Shown in pieces: positions 9,061-18,267 of a DNA stretch of 64,000 bases (the stretch's first letter is position 1; each line of letters begins with the position of its first letter). Source of the stretch: Escherichia phage EC121; the sequence record NC_054909.1; one strand, 5' to 3'. A program made the translations under genes and the position numbers. Under the pieces are notes generated by a model. The model was not told the origin of the DNA. It did no database searches and was given only the letters and a program-made list of their open reading frames with translations.

Positions 9061-10380
9061 TCACACATAAAACACATCATAACGACCACGAGTGACACCA
9101 ACATAAAGAAGCTGCTGAGCTAGTTCAGCATCTGCATAATGAATACAAGGCGTATAGATGAAAGCACGGTCTACAGACATGCCCTGAGCTTTATGGAATG
9201 TTGATGCAGGAAGTGCTTTCACTTTACTAAACTGTGATTTAGCATCCCAAAAATCACTCCACGGAGCTTTTCCACCTTTATTCCAATTTTTATACGTTTC
9301 TGCCGTTTTACCTAAAAATAAGTTAAACTTATACAGCTCTTCATCAGATGAAATTATTTTAATCTTTTCACGATAATATTCATCATCGCCGTAAGTTTCT
9401 ACTGTTAAATCCCAATAACGAATTAGATATTCTCCAGAAACACCACGAGCTTTAACAAATGTTGATGTATACTCTGCTTCTATAATACGAACTAATTGTC
9501 CGTTATTAAAAATAATTTCTGACACAGGCTTTCCATCAATTTTATATGTTTTAATTAATGGTTCCTGCATTACAATAATTTCACCAACGATAAAATCTTT
9601 ATCAGTTTCAAAAATCTTTTTGCGAATAATGCTATTTAACTTGTCGACAGATTTATTCGTAAATGCCATTACGCGATTTTCAAACAAATCATCTAGCGAT
9701 TTTACGATTGAAAAATAATTTACCATAAAATCGCGTAAAGCGGTATCACCAGTAAATCCACGTACTCCATGCCCGTCAACAACTTTATCATAAATCCACT
9801 TACCGTTGCGAACATCAGTAGCTACATCAATAATAGGAGCATTACTGCGTTTAACTTCAGTGAGTTCACACTGATAAAAATCTTTATGCGTAAAGAATGG
9901 ACTGATATAAGCAGTGTTTTCTCCTGGGTCAACAGGTCTAATTTGCTTATTATCGCCTATTCCAATTATAGTACACCACGGCGGGATAGTTGAAAGCAGA
10001 ATTTTAAATAGCTTTCTATCATACATTGACACTTCGTCGCAGATTAATACTCTGCATTTAGCTAAATCCGGTACTTCTTTTTGTTCAAAAAGAACGTTTT
10101 CTTCATATGTTACCGGGTTAATTTTGAGAATACTGTGAATAGTACTCGCTTCTTTCCCTGACAGTTTAGAAAGAATCTTTTTAGCTGCATGAGTAGGAGC
10201 TGCTAAAATAATGCCAGTTTCGCCCGTAGATATTAAGGCTTCAATGATGAACTTAGTAAGAGTAGTCTTACCAGTACCAGCAGGTCCATTAATAGTTACA
10301 TGATGTTTCTTTTCTTTAATAGCCCTCATAACGATGTTAAAGGCATTTTTCTGGCCTTCGGTCAAATCATCAAATGTCAT
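9061..10380 (-). CDS. dda: Dda DNA helicase (SF1B)
   Basis: 439 aa; Walker A GPAGTGKT; near-identical to recalled T4 Dda over its full length. Confidence 0.97.
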   Translation of the reverse strand: MTFDDLTEGQKNAFNIVMRAIKEKKHHVTINGPAGTGKTTLTKFIIEALISTGETGIILAAPTHAAKKILSKLSGKEASTIHSILKINPVTYEENVLFEQKEVPDLAKCRVLICDEVSMYDRKLFKILLSTIPPWCTIIGIGDNKQIRPVDPGENTAYISPFFTHKDFYQCELTEVKRSNAPIIDVATDVRNGKWIYDKVVDGHGVRGFTGDTALRDFMVNYFSIVKSLDDLFENRVMAFTNKSVDKLNSIIRKKIFETDKDFIVGEIIVMQEPLIKTYKIDGKPVSEIIFNNGQLVRIIEAEYTSTFVKARGVSGEYLIRYWDLTVETYGDDEYYREKIKIISSDEELYKFNLFLGKTAETYKNWNKGGKAPWSDFWDAKSQFSKVKALPASTFHKAQGMSVDRAFIYTPCIHYADAELAQQLLYVGVTRGRYDVFYV

Positions 10381-10688
10381 CGTAAATTCCCTGCAATTGG
10401 TATACTAACAATACGCCCAGTATCTAAAATTCGCCGATATAATCTTTGTGTGTCTACATCAGGCTTAACATGTTTAACTTCTATTTTATTAAACCAAAAC
10501 TTGCGTGGAGTCTCAACTAATCTCGGAATTCCCATACCTAAAGCTAGTCGATACTGATCTTTAAGAGTGGTAAATACTTTATCAGCAATCTCCCTTTCAA
10601 AAAATACAGCAGGGCGGTGTTCATCAAGAGGAACAGGCACTGCAAATCCATCTTTGTCTCTATACACTATCGCATATACATAAAACAT
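10377..10688 (-). CDS. hypothetical protein (dda.1 position)
   Basis: 103-aa ORF overlapping dda start by 4 nt. Confidence 0.55.
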   Translation of the reverse strand: MFYVYAIVYRDKDGFAVPVPLDEHRPAVFFEREIADKVFTTLKDQYRLALGMGIPRLVETPRKFWFNKIEVKHVKPDVDTQRLYRRILDTGRIVSIPIAGNLR

Positions 10689-10689
10689 A

Positions 10690-11436
10690 TTATCCTCGGA
10701 TAAGTTTAAAAATTGAACAATTTAGCGGGTATCCTCTTTTCAGTTTAAGTTTATCAATAAAAGACAAGTTTTGATACCGCTCTACACCTTGAATAATTTT
10801 ATCACACATATCATATTGCATTTCTGCTTCTGACAACTTTTTCACAGTTTTCCAATCAGAGCCTTTAAGAAGAACGTTCAATTTAACAACTTCAGCGCCT
10901 TCTGCTATACGAGAACCATCAATACGAGCTTTGAGTGCTACAATCGTTAGCTTAATGTCAGAGGTTTGTTTTGATTTAGAAAGCTGAGAAATGTGTTCAA
11001 TTCGGTTTTCACGTTTTTTCTGTATAGCTTTAATTTGATTATAAGTCTTTTTGATTTTAGCCCATTTCTTTTCATCTAAATTTAGTTTATGAACTTTTTT
11101 CGCAGATGAACGACCAATTCGCAAAGCAAATAAATCACGCTTTTCAATCAACTCTTCTAAAGTATAATCAGAACGAAATGTATTATACTTTTTCTTTACT
11201 GCAATAACATTCCCTTTAATGTATCCAACGTTATTATCAAAACGTTCTAATGATAATTTCTCTCCTTCAATACGATTATCAAAAGGTTCTCCTGAGTAAG
11301 CGCAAACTTTCTGGTCTAAAATGTTCTTAATGTAATTGAAGTCTAAGTTAAAATCTTTAGAACGTCTTTTTGCAGATGCCTGAGTATGCTCTAAACGACG
11401 TTTAATTTTACGAATTTGATTATTAGACAGTTTCAT
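10690..11436 (-). CDS. srd: Srd-like protein (basic, about 29 kDa)
   Basis: 248-aa basic ORF at the position of T4 srd between dda and modA; assignment by position and size only. Confidence 0.45.
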   Translation of the reverse strand: MKLSNNQIRKIKRRLEHTQASAKRRSKDFNLDFNYIKNILDQKVCAYSGEPFDNRIEGEKLSLERFDNNVGYIKGNVIAVKKKYNTFRSDYTLEELIEKRDLFALRIGRSSAKKVHKLNLDEKKWAKIKKTYNQIKAIQKKRENRIEHISQLSKSKQTSDIKLTIVALKARIDGSRIAEGAEVVKLNVLLKGSDWKTVKKLSEAEMQYDMCDKIIQGVERYQNLSFIDKLKLKRGYPLNCSIFKLIRG

Positions 11437-11479
11437 ATTTTTCTCACATCTTACGGACGATTGACTACTATACTATAAC

Positions 11480-11510
11480 ATTTTTACCTTGGCTTGTAAA
11501 CAACTTTATG
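11480..11510 (-). promoter_or_regulatory. early promoter (GTTTAC, 17 nt, TATAGT)
   Basis: Minus strand GTTGTTTACAAGCCAAGGTAAAAATGTTATAGT upstream of the srd-like gene. Confidence 0.45.
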
Positions 11511-11558
11511 CAAAAATGCTTTAAAACTTTCGTGGTATAATGAATCTAAGTCCTTCCA

Positions 11559-12161
11559 TTATAGATTAAATCCTTCAAAATCAAGAGTATAGATAGTGTA
11601 TGTTGAATACTTTTTATACTCATATCTATCTGCAATTCTAAATACACTTCCAGCTGGTATCATTACTTCCTGTTCATCTGAAACTAATTCCATATTACGA
11701 TAACGATGGCTATCTGGAAACTTAAAACTCGGACTATATTCTTTACAACGTAGAGCTTTTATAGCATACTCCTGGAAATTAAACACCATAGGAGCTTTGA
11801 ATTCAAAAATAACTTGTGTGTTGTATTCTAATCCAGAAGCAAAGTGTAGAGCTATATTTTTATCATATGAAGCTGATACTACTTTATCAAATGTAATAAT
11901 ATCAATTCCTTGATTTAACACCTGTTTAGTCTCAACTGGAACACCTCTCCAAAGAGGTTTATCGTTTGGAACCAAACGAGATTTGATTATTTCATTTAAC
12001 CAAGAATGATCGTCTGGCTTATTAGTAATACAATGAATTAAAAGTTCAATTTCGGATAAATTAAATCCTTCAGAAAGTAATTCTTCACGAATAGAAGCAC
12101 GCACCGATGCATCCATTGATTTGATTTTAAAATCTTTTAATTGCATTGCTGAATATTTCAT
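11559..12161 (-). CDS. modA: ADP-ribosyltransferase ModA
   Basis: 200 aa; R-S-E triad context (WRGV..., SAS, EQEVMIP); size matches T4 ModA. Confidence 0.75.
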   Translation of the reverse strand: MKYSAMQLKDFKIKSMDASVRASIREELLSEGFNLSEIELLIHCITNKPDDHSWLNEIIKSRLVPNDKPLWRGVPVETKQVLNQGIDIITFDKVVSASYDKNIALHFASGLEYNTQVIFEFKAPMVFNFQEYAIKALRCKEYSPSFKFPDSHRYRNMELVSDEQEVMIPAGSVFRIADRYEYKKYSTYTIYTLDFEGFNL

Positions 12162-12781
12162 TCAACTACCTCAACATCATACACTTTAAATGTTCCAAAT
12201 GAATCGTGTAATTTTTCTTTTGAAATAGAAGTTATTTTATACTTTCCAATTGGAATCATCCATTCTTGTTCACGTACAATCATCATTAAGTTATCAGTAC
12301 GTTCTGAATCTAATCCATCAGTATCTTCATATGTATACTTAAACTCAGTATTAGGAGAAGAAAGTATAATATCGCTGATATGGTCAGAATAATTAAAAGC
12401 TTTATCAGTTTTTAAGCGAAATATTATTTCAGTGGAATATTCAACATAAGAAAAAGAACACGCTGTGTGCAAACTAGTAGTAAATGAATCTACTCTGCTC
12501 GTTGAAAACACTTCTCCGACTTGTAAATCTTTAATGAGTTCTTTTGTCGATTTTGATATACCACGATATAGCTGATAAGGCGATTTAGTTAAATGCTTTT
12601 TAACGATTTTATTCAACTGCTGATGAAGAGCTTCATTCTTTTTGGCTTCCATACATTGCCAAAGAATTGACTGTTCAAAGTCAGTAAATTTTTCACAGAC
12701 CTTTTTATACATATCATATTGAAAATCGACACTTTCAGCTTTTATAGATAACTGTTCAACATCTGCAAGATTAATAATCAT
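12158..12781 (-). CDS. modB: ADP-ribosyltransferase ModB
   Basis: 207 aa; paralog of ModA with YRGIS, STS, EQEWMIP motifs; 4-nt overlap with modA. Confidence 0.75.
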   Translation of the reverse strand: MIINLADVEQLSIKAESVDFQYDMYKKVCEKFTDFEQSILWQCMEAKKNEALHQQLNKIVKKHLTKSPYQLYRGISKSTKELIKDLQVGEVFSTSRVDSFTTSLHTACSFSYVEYSTEIIFRLKTDKAFNYSDHISDIILSSPNTEFKYTYEDTDGLDSERTDNLMMIVREQEWMIPIGKYKITSISKEKLHDSFGTFKVYDVEVVE

Positions 12782-12805
12782 GATAGCCTCCGTATACTTC
12801 AGAAG

Positions 12806-12838
12806 CTATCATATCATTGTTAGGAAGGAAAGTAAACA
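12806..12838 (-). promoter_or_regulatory. early promoter (GTTTAC ... ATATGAT)
   Basis: Minus strand GTTGTTTACTTTCCTTCCTAACAATGATATGAT upstream of modB. Confidence 0.45.
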
Positions 12839-12849
12839 ACTTTTTTGAA

Positions 12850-13032
12850 TTATTTTGCCCAGGGAGCCCAGGGCGGAGGGTCAAGATGGTATGAAGCTAG
12901 TTCTTCTAGAAGAGCATCTGGGGCTTCAATTCCATAATTCTGTAATACTATACGGTACTCTTTCTTATAATCACTAGAATCATTCTGGATATTCGTAGAA
13001 TGATTATCTTCTAACATCTCAAATAAATCCAT
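12850..13032 (-). CDS. small hypothetical protein with Pro/Trp-rich C-terminus
   Basis: 60-aa ORF; C-terminus LDPPPWAPWAK is encoded by an unusually GC-rich stretch. Confidence 0.4.
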   Translation of the reverse strand: MDLFEMLEDNHSTNIQNDSSDYKKEYRIVLQNYGIEAPDALLEELASYHLDPPPWAPWAK

Positions 13033-13040
13033 ATTAATTC

Positions 13041-13511
13041 CTAGCGATAAAAACCAAAATGACGATTAGCTTCAATAATCTTTCTTTCTTCTTCGGACAT
13101 TCTCCAGCGTAGTCCAACATCAAAATGAGCCCAGACCATCTTAACAAATGCATTTATATCTTTAATATCTTCAATAATGAATGTTTTACTTTTATAAGGT
13201 TGACTAGCTAATTTAACTTTATCGTCTTCAAACAGGTCAAAAAGACCATATTCATGAGCTCTTTTATAGCCTTTAATAGTTAAAGCTTCAGAAGAAGAAA
13301 ACGGTGAATCAGTATTCCGTAAAATATCTTCAGTATGCTTTATAATTAGAATAACATTTTCTGGATATTTTCTTTCTTTTATATCTTTAATTAAAAGATC
13401 CGGATTTTCTGCTAAAGGAATAATTAATGAACACTTTTTATCAAGTGTATTTACTGATTTACCTTCTTTAGACATAAATTCTATTGAATAACGTTTTGCT
13501 ACTTCAATCAT
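13041..13511 (-). CDS. hypothetical protein
   Basis: 156-aa ORF, no recognised domain. Confidence 0.5.
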
Positions 13512-13668
13512 GTGATTTCCTTTTGCCTACTAATGGACCGTCAGGAATTTTGTTTTCCTGAATGTATTTCTCATTTTCTTCCATCATTTTACTGCCAATT
13601 TTAAGAAGCAAATCCATTGCTTCATTTGCTTTAGCTTTAGCCTCTTCTAACGTCATATCTTTGTTCAT
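13504..13668 (-). CDS. small hypothetical protein
   Basis: 54-aa ORF not in the track; GGGGA RBS; ATGA overlaps with both neighbours. Confidence 0.4.
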
Positions 13669-13868
13669 GATTTATCCCCATAGATGTCTCTCATCAATTT
13701 AAGCGCTGAGCGTTCTAATTTCTTTTCTTTCTCAGCACTAATCATTGATTTCATCCATTCTTCTGATTCGTTCTGCATTTCTTTATTTACTTGTTCAACC
13801 CAACCATCATCAATATACATTGAGTTTGGTCTATTGAACCATTCAAGCATCTTCTTCAGAACTTTCAT
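13665..13868 (-). CDS. small hypothetical protein
   Basis: 67-aa ORF, ATGA-coupled to the downstream ORF. Confidence 0.45.
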
Positions 13869-14340
13869 TTGTTTTACCTAAAACAATAGTAGGAGCATCG
13901 TCAAATTTATGAATTTTTAGTAAATTTGGATTTAAATTATTCCATAAAGAGGTAATAAAATATGATAGCGCATTTTCTTCTGTAATTATAAATTTATTTC
14001 CCTTATCTATTTTCCAGTCATATATTGAATCATATGAATATAATGGCAATGGTTTATTGTTATAATATGATTCAGCAACATCAATATAGTTAGATTTAGT
14101 AAATGCTTGAATTGACATAAATGGAGAATTTCGTACAGTTTCAATAATTCCGATCTTTTTAAGTTTTATTTCAACATCTTCTGGAACTGGCATTGAAATA
14201 AAATCTTCTACTAGATACATGTTATTATCATATCTTTTATCAATCATTACTGCTACGGTAATTGGAACGTCTTTAGCAAACGACAAACTATTACTGCTAA
14301 TATACATTTCAAACAAAATCGCTTCCATAATTTTCCTCAA
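13843..14340 (-). CDS. hypothetical protein (mrh-region)
   Basis: 165-aa ORF; no recognised domain. Confidence 0.5.
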   Translation of the reverse strand: MRKIMEAILFEMYISSNSLSFAKDVPITVAVMIDKRYDNNMYLVEDFISMPVPEDVEIKLKKIGIIETVRNSPFMSIQAFTKSNYIDVAESYYNNKPLPLYSYDSIYDWKIDKGNKFIITEENALSYFITSLWNNLNPNLLKIHKFDDAPTIVLGKTNESSEEDA

Positions 14341-14675
14341 TCACAAGATGTAGATGAACAACTAGAATCACAAGAACTTCCACATGAATCGCCCGTCCAT
14401 ACATGAACAGGAACATTAGTGTCATATGAATCAGAACTAGACTGTGTATTCTGCGTATTAGATGATGTAGGTGTTGACCAACGCCAAGGATTTTTATAAT
14501 ATTCCTGGGCTTCTTCATAAGTCATAGTAACTGCTTCTACTGTTCCATCTCCCATATAAACATATTCAACTACAGTTAAAGGAAGGTAGTCATTTGAAAT
14601 AGGAACTACACCTTCTCCCGGAGTCGTAGAGAAAAAATCCGTAAAGAAACTTTTAAACCAATTAAAGATAAACAT
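14337..14675 (-). CDS. hypothetical protein with Cys/Ser-rich C-terminal tail
   Basis: 112 aa; hydrophobic N-terminus; tail [18 protein letters not shown]. Confidence 0.45.
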   Translation of the reverse strand: MFIFNWFKSFFTDFFSTTPGEGVVPISNDYLPLTVVEYVYMGDGTVEAVTMTYEEAQEYYKNPWRWSTPTSSNTQNTQSSSDSYDTNVPVHVWTGDSCGSSCDSSCSSTSCD

Positions 14676-14887
14676 TACAAAAAGCCTCTTTGAAATTCGA
14701 CTCTTTGAAATCCACCCCAGTCAGTATATCGCATTTCAGCATTGAACTCGACTGAACCATCTGCATGCATCATGAATGAATGCGTGACGATATCACAATC
14801 CCAGCTTTTCATACCCCATTTATCAGAGATAGCTTTATCAAGAACCTTCTGGAGGTCTTCATTTGGTTTAATCCAACGATTTAACAT
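14675..14887 (-). CDS. small hypothetical protein (srh position)
   Basis: 70-aa ORF; GAGGAG RBS; first gene after the promoter at 14914-14943. Confidence 0.5.
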   Translation of the reverse strand: MLNRWIKPNEDLQKVLDKAISDKWGMKSWDCDIVTHSFMMHADGSVEFNAEMRYTDWGGFQRVEFQRGFL

Positions 14888-14913
14888 AGTGCTCTCCTCT
14901 ATAAGATAATTCT

Positions 14914-14943
14914 ATTATACCATACTCATTGTGGAAAGTAAAC
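14914..14943 (-). promoter_or_regulatory. early promoter (GTTTAC, 17 nt, TATAAT)
   Basis: Minus strand GTTTACTTTCCACAATGAGTATGGTATAAT immediately after the soc terminator hairpin. Confidence 0.6.
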
Positions 14944-14952
14944 CGGTAAAAT

Positions 14953-14980
14953 GAAAAAAGGACTCCCGAAGGAGTCCCTG
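14953..14980 (-). terminator. intrinsic terminator after soc
   Basis: Minus-strand RNA GGGACUCC-UUCG-GGAGUCC followed by UUUUUU, starting 6 nt after the soc stop. Confidence 0.7.
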
Positions 14981-14985
14981 AATTA

Positions 14986-15231
14986 TTAACCACCAGTTAC
15001 TTTCCACAAATCTTCGTTTGCAGTAATCCATGCATCACGTTGATTTTCTTCGTATACAGTAGTATATGCTGCTTTTTCTGAAGGGAATGTCTGGTAATGA
15101 GCGCCAGAAATTTTGTGAACGTCAGAATAAAGAGGGAAAGCTACAGAAATTTCCTTTCCTTCAATTTTCTTATTTCCGTCTAATTTCTGCTCAAATGTTT
15201 TAATATTAACATAACCGCGAGTACTAGCCAT
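14986..15231 (-). CDS. soc: small outer capsid protein Soc
   Basis: 81-codon ORF, sequence matches recalled T4 Soc (MASTRGYVNIKTFEQKLDGNKKIEGKE...); late promoter upstream. Confidence 0.95.
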   Translation of the reverse strand: MASTRGYVNIKTFEQKLDGNKKIEGKEISVAFPLYSDVHKISGAHYQTFPSEKAAYTTVYEENQRDAWITANEDLWKVTGG

Positions 15232-15262
15232 GTAATTCTCCTTTTATTTAAATTACATGACT

Positions 15263-15270
15263 ATTTATAA
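15263..15270 (-). promoter_or_regulatory. late promoter TATAAATA
   Basis: Plus strand tatttata is the reverse complement of TATAAATA, about 30 nt upstream of the soc ATG with GGAGAA RBS. Confidence 0.6.
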
Positions 15271-15303
15271 TAAATTCTCACAGCTTTTAAGCCGTCGTTT
15301 ATA

Positions 15304-15822
15304 TTAATAACCTCGGTCTTGACGAGCGAAGTTTTCAGCATTTTTCAGATAATAAAGTTTAAAGATTTCTTCAGCCGTAAGACCGAGACCTTGGAACATG
15401 TTCAGAACGAAATGAAGAATATCAATCATTTCGAATTTAATTTCCAACTGGTCTTGTGGAGATAAATCAGTAATCAGAGTTTCACGACGTTCACCGTGTT
15501 GCGACTTCCAAGGCTTCCATACAGCAGACGCATCTTTTTCGCCATTGCTCATACCACCAAGAGAAGTCAGAAGTTCGCGGAATTCATCATCAATATAATC
15601 TTTCTGATTACGCAGCCAATCAACAACTTCACCTGCAGTAGCCAAATCATCAGGATGACGGTTATATTCAGGTTTATCTTTAGCTAAACGAACTTGCAGA
15701 GATTTCTGCATATCAAGCATAACCTGCAGCGGGTCTTTTTCATCACCGAGAATATCCCAGTATTCATTTTGAGCTTTATCAGCGCCTTCAATCAGTTGAC
15801 TACATTCGTTAAAGTATGCCAT
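15304..15822 (-). CDS. 56: dCTPase/dUTPase gp56
   Basis: 172 aa from ATG at 15822 (track over-extends with a hydrophobic N-terminus); matches recalled T4 gp56; GAAAGGA RBS. Confidence 0.9.
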   Translation of the reverse strand: MAYFNECSQLIEGADKAQNEYWDILGDEKDPLQVMLDMQKSLQVRLAKDKPEYNRHPDDLATAGEVVDWLRNQKDYIDDEFRELLTSLGGMSNGEKDASAVWKPWKSQHGERRETLITDLSPQDQLEIKFEMIDILHFVLNMFQGLGLTAEEIFKLYYLKNAENFARQDRGY

Positions 15823-15855
15823 TATTTTTCCTTTCAATTCATGGGTTAGTAGATT

Positions 15856-15880
15856 AATTATACAATAAATATATAAAGCA
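15856..15880 (-). promoter_or_regulatory. candidate MotA-dependent middle promoter for gene 56
   Basis: Minus strand TTGCTTTA (MotA box), 11 nt, TATAAT. Confidence 0.5.
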
Positions 15881-15893
15881 ATAAGGAGGATAT

Positions 15894-16094
15894 ATGGTAC
15901 AAAAATTAATGGCACTTGTTAATGCCATAAAAGGTAATAAAAAACGTATAGCTTTTACTATTTCTGCTATGGTAGGAATTTTACTCTGGAATTTTGTTTT
16001 ATCACCAATTGCTATTGCTCATGGTGTTAATATTCCAGTAATTACTCTTGATACATTCGTAGATTTAGCATTTGCTTTAGTTGGGTTAATTTAA
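15894..16094 (+). CDS. small hydrophobic protein encoded on the plus strand
   Basis: 66-aa ORF with strong SD AAGGAGGA 4 nt before the ATG; two predicted TM segments; sits in a 270-nt gap with no minus-strand ORF. Confidence 0.45.
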   Translation: MVQKLMALVNAIKGNKKRIAFTISAMVGILLWNFVLSPIAIAHGVNIPVITLDTFVDLAFALVGLI

Positions 16095-17119
16095 ATCTTA
16101 GCATATTTAGATAGCCGCATTTTAGCCATCAACCCTTGAGCAATATTATTTTTCATATATTCCATAATTTGTTCAGGGGTTGCACCTTCCTTTCTAATCA
16201 TATCATTAACATCTTTTGATTTCCAGGGAGATTTGTCCCAAAACATAACCCTTTCTCCTGCATCAACTAATTTAGTCATTCGTTTAATAGTGTCAGGGTG
16301 ACGAGGTTCATTATCTAAAACCCATACACGTCTATCTTTAAATGGAACAATTTCTAGGTCTAATTGACCACCCGTAATAGCTATACCATTTTCAATAAAA
16401 AGTGAATCTATAGGTCCTTCTAGAACATATACATCACCATCTTTGACTCGTTCAACTCCATAGATTTTTGTTGCCTCAGGATAAGCTTTGATGGTGATAT
16501 ATTTTTGAGGAGCATCTTTCTTTAATGCACGTCCTTGAAAAGACTCGGCTTTTCCGTTAGCATTATAAATTGGAATAACAAGACGAGGCTCGGGCATTTC
16601 CTTTTTATATGTTCCTGGCGCTATACTATTAACTAATTTAGGCCATTCGGTTGTAAACCAAAGATATTTCCATTTATCCTTTGGAATACAACGAGCTTTT
16701 ACATATTTTATAATTGGATGGTCTTCCGCCAGTTTATCTAGTCTAATGCATGACGGAAGAGATTTAATTATTTTCTTCTCAGGTTGTTTAGAAAGTTCTT
16801 TAGGTTTTTCTACTGGACGACTTTTACCTTTTTCTTTTCTTATTTCAAAGATATACTCACGATATAAATCAGGTTCAAACTCCTTTAAATATATTCCGAT
16901 TGGTGCATGATAGTTACAGTTATAACAATGAATATTTCCTTCATTATTATCGCCATAATACCATCCACGGGCTTTATTTTGATCGGTTTTTGAATCTCCA
17001 CAAACAGGACATCTAAACCGTAATTTAAAAGTTGAACTATTATTTACTTGTGCGAATTTAGGTAAATGAGCTAATGCACGGTATGCAAACTCATTATCAA
17101 TCCAAGGTATTGATGACAT
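16091..17119 (-). CDS. 61: DNA primase gp61
   Basis: 342 aa; zinc ribbon CPVCGDS...CYNC and TOPRIM region; matches recalled T4 gp61. Confidence 0.96.
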   Translation of the reverse strand: MSSIPWIDNEFAYRALAHLPKFAQVNNSSTFKLRFRCPVCGDSKTDQNKARGWYYGDNNEGNIHCYNCNYHAPIGIYLKEFEPDLYREYIFEIRKEKGKSRPVEKPKELSKQPEKKIIKSLPSCIRLDKLAEDHPIIKYVKARCIPKDKWKYLWFTTEWPKLVNSIAPGTYKKEMPEPRLVIPIYNANGKAESFQGRALKKDAPQKYITIKAYPEATKIYGVERVKDGDVYVLEGPIDSLFIENGIAITGGQLDLEIVPFKDRRVWVLDNEPRHPDTIKRMTKLVDAGERVMFWDKSPWKSKDVNDMIRKEGATPEQIMEYMKNNIAQGLMAKMRLSKYAKI

Positions 17120-17121
17120 TT

Positions 17122-17286
17122 TTACTCTTCTTTTTCTTTAGATTCCTCTTTTTTCTTTTTAGGAATCTGTTCAGGACCTTTATTTACTACAGCGCCTGAC
17201 GTTGTTCCAGTGGAGATATTTTCAGGATTACCACCTGAATCTCCAGCTACCATATCTTCTTTGATAAATTCTTTATATGTTTTCAT
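17122..17286 (-). CDS. small Lys/Glu-rich protein
   Basis: 54-aa ORF not in the track; 2-nt spacers to both neighbours. Confidence 0.4.
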   Translation of the reverse strand: MKTYKEFIKEDMVAGDSGGNPENISTGTTSGAVVNKGPEQIPKKKKEESKEKEE

Positions 17287-17287
17287 A

Positions 17288-17914
17288 TTAACCTCTATTC
17301 ATAAAAGCATTAAAAATTTGGTCATCAATAGAAACATTTACTTTAGACTGTTTTTCTGATGGTAATTCATATCCACATATTACAATTTTGTGATCAATAT
17401 CAAAATACACAGAAGCAATATGATTAATGATGTTTTCAGTAAAGTCTAAATCAACATCAATATCTTTTTGACCACAGCCCAAAGGATAAATAATGCGAGT
17501 AATTCGATTATCTTTAACAAAGATTCCACCGATATACTCTGTGCTGCGTTTAAAGTCTACACGCCGACGAAATGAAAAATATTCAGGCTCTTTATGAGCT
17601 CTGCTCATAGGACACAACGAGTAACTAGAATAAGAGATGTCAAATCCTACGCCTTCGATATGAGCCAAAGTGTCATGATTAAACCAATTATAATCGTACG
17701 CCAAATCCATTAGATTATAATATGTAAAGGGCACCGGATTAACATCATTAGTCACAAGCATGTAATTAGCAACTGCTATAATTTCATTGTTTTTAACGAA
17801 TACAAACCGTGATTGATGTGAATGACCTGGACCCGCGTTTTCACGATTAATGATATAACACTGGGCACCTTTATATTTGTATGTATCTTTGCACTTGTGC
17901 ATTTGATAGAGCAT
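17288..17914 (-). CDS. hypothetical protein (61.x region)
   Basis: 208-aa ORF between spackle and primase. Confidence 0.55.
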   Translation of the reverse strand: MLYQMHKCKDTYKYKGAQCYIINRENAGPGHSHQSRFVFVKNNEIIAVANYMLVTNDVNPVPFTYYNLMDLAYDYNWFNHDTLAHIEGVGFDISYSSYSLCPMSRAHKEPEYFSFRRRVDFKRSTEYIGGIFVKDNRITRIIYPLGCGQKDIDVDLDFTENIINHIASVYFDIDHKIVICGYELPSEKQSKVNVSIDDQIFNAFMNRG

Positions 17915-18207
17915 TATTCACCTACCACTTCAGCGATGATATTTTTATTATTAAAGTTTTTATCGCAATACAGAACATAATTATACTGCATTACACCACC
18001 AGACTTAAGCTGTTTTTGCACTTCAGCTTTCATTTCAGGACGGTCACGCTCAACGATATTCATAATATCTGCTTCAATTTGAGTTTCAACTTCAGTCTGA
18101 TCTGCAGTCATAGACCACTCGCACAAATCTTTGTCATAACCCGCCATAGCAGGCTGAGCAGCGCAAGAAGATAAAGCAAAAATTGCAGCAAAGATAAATT
18201 TTTTCAT
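17914..18207 (-). CDS. sp: spackle periplasmic protein Sp (superinfection exclusion, lysozyme inhibitor)
   Basis: 97 aa with signal peptide; near-identical to recalled T4 Sp. Confidence 0.9.
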   Translation of the reverse strand: MKKFIFAAIFALSSCAAQPAMAGYDKDLCEWSMTADQTEVETQIEADIMNIVERDRPEMKAEVQKQLKSGGVMQYNYVLYCDKNFNNKNIIAEVVGE

Positions 18208-18234
18208 GATAATCTCCTCAGTAGTTTATGTTTA

Positions 18235-18265
18235 TATAGTATCTCAATTTCCAATAAAAGTAAAC
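18235..18265 (-). promoter_or_regulatory. early promoter upstream of sp
   Basis: Minus strand GTTTACTTTTATTGGAAATTGAGATACTAT; GAGGAGATTATC RBS follows. Confidence 0.45.
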
Positions 18266-18267
18266 AG

